64,000 bases of DNA from NCBI RefSeq assembly GCF_009914755.1, contig NC_060926.1, one strand, 5' to 3'. Every line of letters starts with the position of its first letter. Within the stretch, counting starts at the first letter, position 1. Position numbers and translations under genes: made by a program. Origin of the DNA: the human T2T-CHM13v2.0 reference genome, Homo sapiens. Below are positions 13,083 to 26,744 of this stretch, piece after piece. The notes beneath the pieces were generated by a model. That model worked only from the letters and a program-made list of their open reading frames with translations, was not told the DNA's origin and searched no databases.

Positions 13083-13527
13083 CATCTTAGTCTGCTCTGG
13101 TTGCACTAACAGAATACCACAGGCTGGGTGGTTTCAACAACAGAAATTTATTTCTCAAGTTCCGGGAGCTGAACGTCCAAGGTCAAGGTGCCAGCTGATT
13201 GTGGTTCTGGTGACCGCCCTCCTCCCAGCTTGCGGAGGGCCATCTTCTCTCTGTGTCCTGATGTCCTTTCAGGACACAGGTGTGTCCTGATGTCCTTTCA
13301 GGACACAGGTGTGTCCTGAAACACATCTGCAGGTGTGTTCAGATGGGGACAGGAGTTGGGGAGAACTTTCGGGTATCTCACTCATTCTTTCGGATCAGAG
13401 CCCCTCTTGTATGACCTCACTAACCTTAATTACTCCCTTAGAGGCCTTATCTCCAAATACAGCCACACTGAGTGTTATAGCTTCAATATATGAATTCTGG
13501 AGGGAAATGAAAATTCAGTCCGTAACA
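13083..13527 (-). mobile_element. MaLR solo LTR, MLT1A1-like, with an internal palindromic insertion at 13251-13345
   Basis: aacagaataccacaggctgggtggtttcaacaacagaaatttatttctc...tctccaaatacagccacactg...attcagtccgtaaca. Candidate 5-bp TSD aagag/gagag. Confidence 0.85.
13252..13320. repeat. 29-bp tandem repeat, 2 copies plus a partial third, with a palindromic unit
   Basis: tgtgtcctgatgtcctttcaggacacagg at 13252-13280 and 13281-13309, then tgtgtcctga. Confidence 0.95.
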
Positions 13528-13984
13528 GAGAGTAATGATCGACATCTGAAAATGCCCTCACCTGCTCTTCATTATCATGTGGAGGCTCCAGTAATGTTTT
13601 CTTTGACTCTTGGTTTGATGGATAAAAAGAAGATCCACAGGGTCTCAGTCACCCTTGACCATGCCTGCCGAGTATCACACTTTTGCTCTTTTAAGTAAAC
13701 CCTAAACTGTGGTTTTGATCAGTAGCAAAGATTTCTCCAAGGCTAATGACGCTTTGAAAACATACCTGCTGTCCAGGTGTGGAGCAAAATGCTATCTATG
13801 TGCACCCATAGCCCAGAGTCAGCAGAAGCAGCATTTTTTTGGAACTTATTTATATTTAATTTTAAAAGACAGAATCATAGGCCCTAAAAATGGATAAATG
13901 TATAAGCAATAGGAAAGGAAATTGCTGACTCCTATAATAAGGCAGTGCAAATATTTACACTAGAGCCAGATATTAATATTTCAC

Positions 13985-14120
13985 TTCCCTTTCTCTGTAT
14001 CTCCATCTCTCTTTTTCTTTGCCTCTGTCTCTGTCTGCCCCTCCTCCTTTCTCTTTCTCTCTCTCTCTCTATATATATGCACACACACTGTGTGTTAAGT
14101 GTGTGCATTTGTGTGTGTAT
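13985..14120. repeat. Compound low-complexity (CT)n/(TA)n/(CA)n/(TG)n tract
   Basis: Directly visible. Confidence 0.85.
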
Positions 14121-14745
14121 AGTGCAGAAATAAGTCAAAATAAACTGATAGTCCCTTTACTTGATTCACAGCAAACACACAAACCAATCCAAGCCAACGA
14201 TTGTATTAAACTGAGGGATAGTACGTGCTACCCTCTAGAAATGTAAATATAAGTGTGGGGTGGAAATTTCCCAGAGCTTCTCTGTGTGGCAGCACTCCAC
14301 TCCCTTCTCATTGCACTCCCTGCTCCCTCTGTGCATAATCTTTTAACTTTAATATTTTCACATATTCTATACTAGTGGATCTTGATAAATTTAAGCTTGG
14401 GCATTGTACAGATTCCAGATTTCAAATGAATAACTCTTTCATTTAGTTAATAGCTGCAGCAGAGCCATAAAACTCTAATAGTTTATGACTTTCAGGACAT
14501 AACCTACAACCACAGACAGTATAAATTATACGACATTGCACTTTACGGCCGTAGTAAGCACGTGAAGGACCTCTCCACTGGTGTGGAGTCCAGGGAGTTG
14601 GGGGTGGCATATGAGATTAACTGTTGATTTTTCACTTGGTGGCTGAAAAGCTCCTGCATCCTACGCTCAGGAAGCTGTAATTCTGCCCCAAGGCATCCAT
14701 CAGTTCTGCCAAACACAATGGTGACCACTAAAGAAAGCTATTCAT

Positions 14746-14984
14746 TTCAGGACCAGTCTGGCCAACATGGCAAAACCCCGTCTCTACTAAAAGTACAAAA
14801 ATTAGCCAGGCATGGTGGTGCGCGCCTGTAATCCCAGCTACTCAAGAGGCTGAGGCAGGAGAATTGTTGAACCCGGGAGGCGGAGGTTGCAGTGAGCCGA
14901 GATCACACCACTGCATTCCAGCTGGGCGACAAGAGCGAGACTCCATCTCAAAAATAAATAAATAAATAAGTAAATAATAACAAT
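14746..14984 (+). mobile_element. AluS (Sq/Sp-like), 5'-truncated
   Basis: Starts near the B box (ttcaggaccagtctggccaacatgg) and has a (TAAA)n tail. Perfect 12-bp TSD aaagctattcat at 14734-14745 and 14985-14996. Confidence 0.95.
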
Positions 14985-17900
14985 AAAGCTATTCATAACG
15001 AATATTTTTAATTCTATCTTCAACTTAGGTTTCCATTTCCAACAAAAATGGCAATGCAAACTCCACTTGTGTTATAAGCGTCAATAATTACTGTTTTCAA
15101 GGAGAGCTGTGTCGCTGGAGATGTGGGTGTAGCATGGGTAGAGATGCCCTGTGGCTAGATCTCCCACGCTTGTGTGTTGCCATATTCTTTACTATGAAGC
15201 ATCTGGATGATGCTATTCTTCCTCAGTGACTCCTGTGGCTTCTAAATCCTGCTTCATGTCTATACTTAAGGTTCGGCCTCTGAATAAGCGCAGAGGGCTG
15301 ACCCTAGTGCTGTAAAAGGACCATCTAAATAAAAAATGAAGATAATAGGGCTTCAGAAATTGGTAAGGGCCAGAGGGAGAGGGTGAGGCAGCCCAGCTTT
15401 TGAAATGAGGAAAGGCGACTCACTCCTTTGCTGCACCTGCTGCCTGAGAAGTGCTGTGTTACTGAAGAGGCCTGCGGTCCCATCTGCATATCAAATAGCT
15501 GATTTGTAGATGAGGTCATTCATTTTGCCTTCTGTATGTTTGCTGTGCTGGGGAGGGGCTGTTGCCTAGCAGTAGGCCGCGGGGTCCCTGCAGGCTCCCT
15601 AAGTCAGCAGCCCCCTCACCCACACTGAATTCAAAACCAGGACTGACTCTCGTGAATAACTGTCTGAAATATCTAATGCATTGGTAAGTTCAAAGCATGG
15701 GTCATATATGACCAGTGAGGTTTCTCTTTAATGACTTCTTTAATCAGCTCATCAGCTTAGGCATTGGATAAGGAAAGGAGTAATCCAGTTAACATTTCTC
15801 AGCTCCTTCTTGCTATGGATTGGTAATATTTGAGTGCATAGACATAGCAGGAGCTTTGGTCATGCTTAGGAATAGCTTATTGTTTTATAACATGATGAAG
15901 TAAATAAAATAGTGATCTTTGTTGAAATACGTAAATATGTTAGAATCAGATTTGGATAATTGATTCCATTTTTCAAGGAGGTTTTGTTATTCCAGAATTC
16001 TGCTAACCTCCTGGCTCTTCCTGTCTCTCTGTGTGTATACGTGTGGTGTTGACAAGTGGTACACGCATACACACACATGGACACACACAGACATTTTAAC
16101 CACAGTCTCTTTCTGCTAGAAACCTGTAAAGGAATAAAATGACAAATAATAGTTGCAGATGCCTTTATAATTCACTCTTTATAATTCAGTCTCTGTTCTC
16201 AAAAGACAGCAGGCTGTCATTTTACCTAGTCTCATTCTTTAAACCCTATTTTTTTCTATTTCTTTGAATAGTGAGAAGATTTCTATGAAAGAATGCTTTC
16301 CTAAAAATTAGGACTTAATACCCAGGAATAAAATTTGGTTCAGGTGCATTTAAGATGAAGCCCATACATAAGAAGTATGCTTCTTATTTACACTCTTTCT
16401 TGGGGCAAACATCTTCCTTTGTTATATTTCTCTGCTTCATTATAGCTTTTCAAACTCCAACTGCTGTTTCTGTGTTTCTGGCTGTAGAAATAGCTTTTCA
16501 GATTTGGAACATCCTATCAAGGTTAAGGAAAAGTTGCCAACACAGTTGTGAATAATCATAATAATCCCAGGATGGCAAGAAGAAAAAAAAAAAAGGCTAT
16601 AGGGTTTATGGTTCAAGCAGGCAAAATATTAAAAATGTTCTTTTTTTTTCTCATAGGATACCACTCCATGAATTATCTTAGGGACCTTCCTTGGGTAACA
16701 AAAATCTACAAGATACAGAACACTAACATTTACAAAATTAGAAAATTATCCTAATTAAGCGTGGTAAGTAAGGGATGCTTCTTGGATTGCTGGAGATAAA
16801 TTTAAGGGTAGTCAGAAGTAAAACCAAATAAATACTACTTTTTCTGCTTTTTAAGATTGACAATTCTATCAAATACCATTAGGAAATAATTTTTAATATC
16901 TTGCAAGATTGAGATAAAAATATGGAAATAGTGATAATATTTGATTAATAGTTTAGAGTTTATAACCCCTTTCAAATGCTTTATTTCACTTGAGTCTCCA
17001 TGAAGAAACTGAGGTCCAATGAAGCTGTGACTTACTCGAGGTCAATTAGTAAACATGAAGCTGGAAAAGAATTTTGGGTCTTCCCACTCTTGGATCAATG
17101 CCGTATGGGGCCATCACCTTTCCTCACCAACTACCCTTGAACACATATTTATTGGAGAACTATAGATGGAACACGTAAAGAAATACTGTTTTAGGACAAG
17201 GATACATACAAATCCAAGGCAGTATGAATAGTTAGAAAGCAATACGTAGCTTTTCAAAGTGACATTTTTAAAATAACAATATACTGAAAAAAAAAATTAA
17301 ACCCTGCATTTCTTGAACCCAGTTCTGGAAGTATAGTCAGTGACCATATATATCTTGGAAGCCTGGAGACTTCCATTTCTCCACTGAAACTGGGTGGGAA
17401 AGGAGAGAGCAGTCCTATGCTGGCCACCGTGAGATGCATTGTTGTATATGCAAAATCAAACCATAAGAGCCTAGTATGACAAGGTACCCAGAAAGCATTA
17501 GGAGGACTCGAATTTGCATCAAGATACAGTCCGAGCTTTGACCCTTCTTACCAACCAAAAGCCCTTTGAAACAGAGGCTCTTGGCCACAGGTTAATGAGA
17601 TGTAGGCAGACCTGTCGACTTTAAGATGATGCTGGGAGAATCCATTCAATTCCTACAGCAGTGAAAAGGTTAACTTCAGTCATCTCCTAGGGAACACCAG
17701 TGACAGTTCCCATAAGCATCCTGGGGACATTACCAAGCTGCCGCTTGCTAAAGTAAATTGTGATGGCTGCTTATAGTTCTTTTTTTTTTTTCTTTTAAGG
17801 TAATTTTTTGTTACTTTATTCAAACTTCATGCCAACTAGCATGTTACAAATGCAGGAATATTCTCCATACTAGAGAGAATTTGCAATTTTTAAGAAAGTA

Positions 17901-20900
17901 TTTGTAACAATGCTCTAACAGTGTGTATATTTACAATGGGTAGATTTCAATATTTTAATGTGAAAATAACCACAAGGAAAACAACCTAAGGTGTGCCTGC
18001 CTTGAGAAAACAATTTATAAATCTGTTCCCGCTTCCTTCTTTCACTAATGAGAAAAGGTTAATTTTTGCAAATTACTCATAACTTGATTTTAAGGTATTG
18101 GATATTTTGTGATATATTTGCCAGTTTTTTTTTTTCTTAAGCTGAAATCTTGATTTTTAAAATAAACCAAAGCAGAATTGTAAATACATCCCATTCACAG
18201 GCACACACAAAAAAATATTCATTCAAAGTTCCTCCGGCTTTCTCTGTCTCTTTCAAAAATCCTTTCCTGTGTGTTGTGGTGTTGACAAGTGGTAATAAGA
18301 AAACAAGTACATCTGAGCTTAATGAGCAATTCATCTGCACGCAGAGATTTAGGGAGGGTACAAATAAATCCACCGCAAAGCTGTTCAGGTTGGAGGGGGA
18401 GAAATCTTATTTATCACTCTGCATAAAAAAGACCCAATCTCCTTGTCCATAAACTCACAGCAACTGGCATGACAGCTGTTTTGGATTCTTGTGCTCTGAG
18501 ACCGACTTATTCCAGAATGCAGTTCTGTTCTGTGACCCACGACTTACCAGTCAACTAGCCTGATACAGAATTTGTTGGTTTCTTGACAATATGATTATTG
18601 TTTCCAATATACCTGAAAATGACTTAAATACAAAAACAAACAAACAAGATAATTACTTCACTGATAAAGTGCAGGCTAGTGTAGGTGTGGATATAAAATT
18701 CAGTGAATATGGCATCATAGATGATACCCCAATTTCATAACCATGGAAGCAATGCTGTTCCGTGGAAGTGACAGAGGTGAGTCCTTCGAGAGGCTTTCTG
18801 GAAAAATGGCCAGTGCTCAGGGTTTGCACCAGGAAGCCCAGGAGGCTGTTATCCTACAAAAGAGCTTTGTTAAGCCAAACCTTTAATTCCAAGAGCAGGG
18901 CCTGATTTACACCCCGCAGCAGGCTGGATGCTTTGCATCTGCTATTTTTACACCATTTCTGAGGTATCCTTTTGTTACTGCAGATACCAGTGGAAAATCA
19001 AAGGCTTGCTTTTTCTCCACCCCCTAGTAACCTCCTGGTATTTTGTCATCTTCACTCTTGCTTGAGATTAGAAAAATCAACAATGTGATTCCCAAATCTA
19101 ATGAATAGACAATTCCAAGGAAAATACGTATTATTTTTTGCACCAAGTATATATTCTAGTAGTAAATTCTGTGATGGACCCTACCTCAATGGTGCATAAC
19201 CCTGTGCTTTTCTTAATAGGATTTATGCTTGTCGGCTTTCTATATGCCCTGCCATGGGAGATAAAGGGGGAGGCTGAGTTCCCGTGGTAACCAGAGCCAC
19301 TCCACTCCCAACTGTTGGCAAATTTCTCGTAAGCATAAAATAGGCAATGTGAAGGGAGAATATGTCAGCTTATACATAAACATGACAGACTCATATCTGG
19401 AAGAAAAAGGTATTCAGCATCAGATTGAATTCAGATTTTCTGATTGTTTCACCAGATACTTCTGTTAAATCCTCCAAGTGAAACATCTGCAACTGGAAAA
19501 CAAGAGAATCTTAATTCTTTCCAGATTTAAACCCATTTCCAGGCAAATGTCACCCAGACTCCATCAAGGACTCAGGAAGCAGAGTTCTTTAGGCATCTGT
19601 TCAAACTGAAAAGGTTATTTCACTGTCTCCACGATGACTCTTGAGCTGCAGGCAGAGCTAGGGGCTGTGCCCTGAATGAAGGGAGTTGCTAGGAGATAAG
19701 TCCACCATTTCAGACAGCATTGGTTGGAGTTATCTCTAATTGACAGCTCCTTACCCTAAGGGTCTAATTCTAACCTTGAGACCAAGACTATAATGAGAGG
19801 GCAGCTTTCTGTCACCCCTGTTTCTGGCTAAGGCAAGGAGATTACTGGCGGCCTGTTTTTCTGGGGTTTTGTTATGCTTCTTTAGGAGGGAGGCGCTGCC
19901 AGAGACACAGCGGCCGCTGTCTGCGGCTCCAGTTTGCGTCACTGAGCCCTTGTCTGATTCATGCCACCTGAATAAACTTTCTCTTTCAGTTAAGATGGTC
20001 TCACTTTGAAATCATAAGGGTATGCAAGGAGGAGAAGCCTCCACTGAACTTTGCAATGATTTGGAATTTGAGCAAGGAAGGTGGATTTCTTAAAAAAAAA
20101 AAAAGGGGGGTGTGGGGGAGGGAGTCAGAGGTAGGGGAGGAGAGAAAGGGAAGAAAGAAAGGGAACACTATAGCTCCATGTTCAAATGCCAACTCCTTCC
20201 CCCCACAGTCATTAAGAGCTTTCACTAAGGTCTGTGCTGCTTATAAGATATTATTTAGGACTTGAAGTCGACAATAAAGCAACAAGCGACAGAAAGAAGA
20301 GATTAGCAGGCCTGGACAAGGAGGTATTTTCATGTGACTGATCCTGCAAGTGTGTTGACTTATTTTTCTGCACAAGGCAACATAGATCAGGGCAATTTAT
20401 ACAAAGGCTGAAGCTAACACCTCGAATGGGCTGATGGTTCCTTTGCATTTTGTGAGGCATCTGCGGAGGACACAGGCGAGAGGAAAGCAGCTTCATGTGT
20501 GTAGGCTGATGGGGCCCACGAGGGCTGGGAAATCGCATTCCAGTTTGAGGGTTTAGCTGTGTCTCTCGCTGGACCTCGCTCACACCCTAAACATCAGTGG
20601 CCAATTAAAAAAATAATACCAAATTTGCATTTTGAATCTGGATGCTGTAAGTTCAGTGATAGCAAATCGTGACCCAGTCATTTCCTCCAACAGGAAAATT
20701 GTTATTTTAGAATGTTTTTCTGCTTCACAAACATATTTTAAATAAAGCATATACAATTTTATAAGAAATTGTAATGATTGAAATAATTGTCATAATTTCC
20801 ACAAGAGAAGGATTGCTGAGGGTTCATTTTAGTCTTGAGTGGGGTCTAGAATACTTTAAATAGGCAACCACCTGCAAAGCCAAAATGCAAGGGACCAGAG

Positions 20901-21289
20901 ATTCTATTTGTCCTCTGTGAATATGAACAGAGGAGACACCAAAATCATGTATCTTCAACTCAAAAGAGGGAGAGGGGGTGGATGCACAAGACCAAAACTA
21001 AAACATATTCTTAGGCAAAATATTATGCTATTCCAAATGTTTTTATTACAATTTCTACAAAACAGGGCTCTTTCTAAAGGGAGATATTATTTTTAAATGC
21101 AATATTTGAGGGAGTAAAACACACGCACATCTCTACACAGTTTTAATTACATTTTTAGCCAACTTATAAATGTGCTTCTAAAAGAAAAGAGGGCATAGCC
21201 AAGAAAATAAATTTAAAACGTTTAAGTATTACTTGTTGATTAAATGGTAAGACTGTCTCCTTGACTATCTTCTTTTTAAAAAAAAAATT

Positions 21290-21705
21290 GGTCTTTATCT
21301 GGATATGATTTTAATTTACAAAAGAGTTACAAAAAAAGTACAAAAATCTCATACTGCTTACTCAGATTTGCCAATTATTTACATTTTGACCATCTGATTT
21401 CTCAACTTTTTTCTGCGTGTGTATAATGATAGTTTTTCTTTTTTCTTTGAACCATTTGTCATGAGTTGAAAACAAAATGTCTCTTTACCACTAAATACTT
21501 CACTGTGTTTTTCCTAAGAATGAGAATGTTCTCTTACATAATCCCTGGACAATTATTCAAATCAGCAAATTTAACATTAATGCAAAACTACTATCTAATT
21601 TACAATCTATAATCAAATTTTGTCAATTGTCCCAATAAAGTCCTGTATTGTAATGTTTTCACAGTCCTAGATAAATTCCAGGATCACATATTGCATTTAG
21701 TTATT
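21290..21705 (-). mobile_element. Old L1 3' fragment (L1MC4/L1MC5-like)
   Basis: ctaaatacttcactgtgtttttcctaagaatgagaatgttctcttacataat...ccaggatcacatattgcatttagtt. Confidence 0.7.
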
Positions 21706-23070
21706 TAGAGGAAATTTATAATGACTTCAATAAGAAAGATTTTTAAAGTTTATGCTTCAGTGCTGCAAGACAGTATCAGTATTTGATTATTTTTAATACT
21801 AAAAGTCTGGAGAAAGGAGCACCTCCTGAAGAGTCAAGACACTGGTTCTGTGATGTTCTGGTGTGCATGAGATAAATCTTGTCCTCCTCTAAAGAAAACT
21901 GGGATCCTTATTTTCTCATATCACCTAAAGCAAAAACCGATCATGGCAATTTTAAATAAATCTTTTGTAAAAAAAAATCTTGATCTTTTAAAAAATAAGA
22001 AATATCACTCATTATAAAACATCTGTAGAAGTCACTGTGTATATCTCTGAAAAGATTCTTACAGGTGGGTTTCTTGCAGTGTTAGGAATTCTTCCAACAC
22101 TGGTAAAAGAGGGGGAAATGAGACAGAAAGAAAGATGATGAGTTAGAGAGAGAGCAAAGACACTGTAAGGGGATTCAACAATCAACTCAGGGCACAAGGA
22201 AATAAAACTATGTAAAGAACAATGAGGAAAAATTAATTTTAAAAGTCTGTGGTATCATCTTTATTATGACTATCACTTGTTTTTAAAGACTCCTCTTGCA
22301 ATTATAAATACTTTCTTGTTCCTCCAGTCATATGGGCTTGTTTGGGGCTGCCACAGTCAGGACGGGGAGAGCCAGCCACCCTCTTCCACGTGGTCCTGGC
22401 TCTGTGTACACACGGGTCCATATGATGCCTAAGCTTTGAGAGTGTACACTCTTCCCATAGAGCTGTACAAAAAAAGCTCAACTTATTGTTGAAATTTCTC
22501 ACCTTCTTCTAATTCCACATGAATAAATCCAGTCTAAAAGGTCATCATAAATGGATATAAAATCTCTAAAATTACTCGCCCTGTTTCTCACGGGCATATG
22601 ATGGGACATTCTGCGTTTCTTGCGTTGTGAAGCTGGACATGTCTGCACACACCCAGCTTCAGTCTCATAACTGCAGAGTGAGCATTCCCCTCTGTGCTGG
22701 TCACAGCAGCCAATTGATAGCACCTTTCGCTCTGAGCATGTGTTTGCCAGCTCACAGAATTTTCTATGCAATTAAAAACAACAACCATTCTTTTCTCATG
22801 GACAATCATTTATTTACAAGCCAGTGAAGTTCATTTTTCATTTAAATAAAAGTGAAATTTTCCTTCACTTTAAGGTTTGTTTTTGTTTTTTAATTTACTT
22901 TGTGTTCCTGTTTCAAAGTAAACAACTGACTCTTGTTCAGCCTCTCACGTGAAGTAGGTTATATGTGTGCGGGTTTCTACTCAGAAGTCAGCCTCTTGTA
23001 GAAAAGAAGTCCCTTAGGATCTCAGGAGGCCAGGTCTGAAATTGTCTGTGAGCAGCTGCTGAGTAGATGA

Positions 23071-23443
<373 letters not shown>

Positions 23444-24924
23444 TGACCCCTCAAGCTTCCTGCAGACAGGGTTGATGGGATTAGGAGTACTGGTGTTCAG
23501 TTTACTTCAGCTATAATAAACTGGCAACAGATAACATACTTTTTAATTATCAAGAGATGTTTGGAGGCTGGACTGAGTCCCCACATGGGAGAGAGAGCTC
23601 TTGGAAATCACATTCTGAAACATTCTAACAGATAATTGTTACACACTAATCTCATTTTCTTAAGAAGGTAAACAGATATATGGAAATGCATGCCCTTCAC
23701 ATTCACCTTAGTTATCTGGAACTTGGCTCTAGTCCCTGTTTCTACACCCAGGCATAACAGGCAGTTATATTCTAACATTCTAACAGAGATTAAGCAGTCC
23801 CTAGTAAGAGCAGTTCCTTTCTCCCCGTCTTATAGAAGAAGAGAAAGGGTCCTCAGCTTGTAAGAAGAGACAACCGAAATTAGACTCCAGTGATACAGGC
23901 ATGAGCAGGAAAAACAACTCAAGTATGCACCTAAATGGGAGGAGCTCCTAAACAAAGAACTGTTATATGAAAAAGACCTGCAGAGCACGTGTGTAATCTC
24001 TAGTAGGCTAGTTGCTTTGGTTAATAGCAAACCTGGCACACACTAGGGTCAACTGTATCTTACCTTCTAAATGTATTTATTTATCACCCAAGACATTCTC
24101 TTAATTATCCTTTGGACCTCCATCATGTTTCATGTAGCAAAGTATGTACAGCAACATACATGAACACCCATGCACAAGCCCTTCCCTCCCTTAGGTAACA
24201 GGGAGGATGGGTTTCAGCATAGTTACCTCTCAAACACTGGCAAAGAGGGTATGGGAACTCGGGATACCATAAGGTGCTAAGGAATGCAAACACTCCATGA
24301 ATATCCATCGTTATTTGTCATCTATGCTGGGATTCTTTTTTACTTTTTATTGTGTGTGGTATTTTTTTTTAATCATTGATATAGCCAGGCTGATCTACTG
24401 TGGGGAAATGTATATTCCTGAGTTTAATCAGAGGCTGACTTCAGAGTATTCCTAGAGTATTTATTTTCTTTCTTTTAAAATATGTTTTTCCTCATTTTCA
24501 AAGGCACCTCATCTCACCTCCAAAGCTTCCCCATTAGTTTCGTTTTGAGGTAAAGGCGTGCTGTCCCCTGCTGAAAGGCAAACATGTTACTCAATCCATT
24601 AGCACCTTAGCTCAAAATAAATAGTGCTAAAAATGAGTGTTGCTCAGAGGCCGTTTTTGAAATATTGAGCCAAAAAGTGACTAATTTGGAATTTTCTCTT
24701 CAGTACCAGAATAGTGGAGCAGATATCATGAAGGTAGGGCTGGGTGGGGGAATGCCAGCTCACATCCCATCAGAAACCTGAGAGAGATGGTTGGCCTGAC
24801 TATCCCGGAGAAAACACATAGACACTGGAGGAGACCCACGCTGATTTTCTGGGTGGAAGCTTTTATTAGCAAAAAGAAGAAAAAAAGCTTATTTTCTGTT
24901 GCTGGAGTTGGAGATGTACAATAA

Positions 24925-25300
24925 TCCTGACCTTAAGGAACTCAGAAGAAACCTAGCGATTAAACAGTATGTTATGGGCGACATGCTACACTCTAATTAT
25001 GTATAAACTGTTATGGGATTGCAGATGAGAGAAATTAATTCTCCCTTGCGGAGTTAGGGCTCACTTCACAGAAGAATTGACATTTGCACTAGAACTTGAA
25101 AAGTGAGTGGGACTTTGCCAAGCAGTTAAATGGGAAATATCACTCCAGGCAGCCAGAATAACTTAAGGCTCAGGGGTGGTGTGAAATTTTATGCCATGTT
25201 CCTAGAATGATAGTAAACCTGTGTTGAGAGAGCACTGACTGCAGGGAAGAAGAACCAAAGCGGACCTGAAAGCAGGAGGAAGAGCTGGTGGGTTCAGTTG
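24925..25300 (-). mobile_element. L2 LINE relic
   Basis: tgaccttaaggaactcag...ttcacagaagaattgacatttgcactagaacttgaaaagtgagt...ccaggcag resembles reverse L2. Confidence 0.55.
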
Positions 25301-25344
25301 CATCTGGGCTGAGGTAGTCAAGGTGCTCTCACTCCAAGATGACG

Positions 25345-25580
25345 TATTGAGCACCTGCTATGAATGATTCCTTGTCTGGGCACTCAGGATACAGAGTGAG
25401 CAGACGTCATGTTCTCCGACACAGAATAAATAAATGGAGAATTTCAGATAGAGATGAGTACTATCAAAAGATGAAATCTGTTACCATCATAGTGATTCTC
25501 TGTGCAATGGGAATCGGAGGCTCCTTTCCATTGGGTTGTCAAGTAATGCCACTCTGAGGATATGGGGTTTGAGTGACAGC
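25345..25580 (-). mobile_element. L2 3' relic
   Basis: tattgagcacctgctatg...tctgggcactcaggatacagagtgagcagac. Confidence 0.55.
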
Positions 25581-25689
25581 TTTTCACTTGTCACCTGGGC
25601 CTGTGGGTCTGGTGCGCTCAGTCAAAGGAAGTTAAGACTGAAGTTATAATTGCCAGTGAGGAGACTAATTGACAGCATGTGGCTTCTGA

Positions 25690-26192
25690 TAGCGTGCACC
25701 AGGAAAAACTCAGCATCACCTCTGTTGTATTCCTGCCAAAAAATAAGTATTCTGAGCAATCATAAGGAAACATTAGACTAATGCAAACTGAGAGAGATTC
25801 TAAAAAATAAATGGCCTATACTCTTCAGTGGGTGAAATCCGAATAAGTTCTGTTGATTATGTAATGCAATAGTATCACTACTTTTTGAATTTTGATAATT
25901 GTACATTGCATATAAAAATAATGTCTATATTTGAAAATGTACACTGAATTATTAGAAGTAAATGAACTGTCTGCAACTGTAATATATATAGTTCAGAAAA
26001 AATTATGTAAGCAGATGTGCATATGTATATGAGAGAGAAAAATAAAGTAGGAGACAGAGAGGCTAGAGTGACAGGGCAATTGCTGTAACGTGCTAACGTT
26101 TGAGTAACCTGGGTAAAGAGTATCCAAGAATTCTGTAGCATTCTTGCCAGTTTTTGAAGAGTCTGAAATATGTCAAAAATACAAAAGAAAAA
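25690..26192 (+). mobile_element. Old L1 3' fragment (L1MC4-like)
   Basis: agcatcacctctgttgtattcctgccaaaa...atcataaggaaacattagac...ctgggtaaagagtat...aattct...ctgaaatatgtcaaaa. Confidence 0.7.
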
Positions 26193-26465
26193 CAGAAGAT
26201 TGAAATTACAGTTGTGGGACATACTGATAGGAGCTGAAGAATGGGAGTTGAACAGAAAATTAGGGAAAACATGAGTGGGGAAAGAAGAAAGATAAGGACA
26301 CATTCAGAGAGGGAGGGAGTTGGACAGAGGAGGAAAAGAGAGACCTAAAGAGAGAATGGAAGAGAATGTGACCTGGGTGCACAAGAGCTTCTCTAGAGCT
26401 CGGCCTTCATCATCCTAAGACTAATTTTTAATTTGTACAAGGGAATCTAAAAGACCTCTCCGTCA

Positions 26466-26744
<279 letters not shown>

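Noticed and set aside
13252-13320. Palindromic 29-bp direct repeats superficially like a CRISPR repeat
   Set aside because: The copies are directly adjacent with no spacers, there are no cas genes, and the context is a primate LTR.
22635-22644. p53 half-site GGACATGTCT
   Set aside because: A single half-site with no partner; common by chance.
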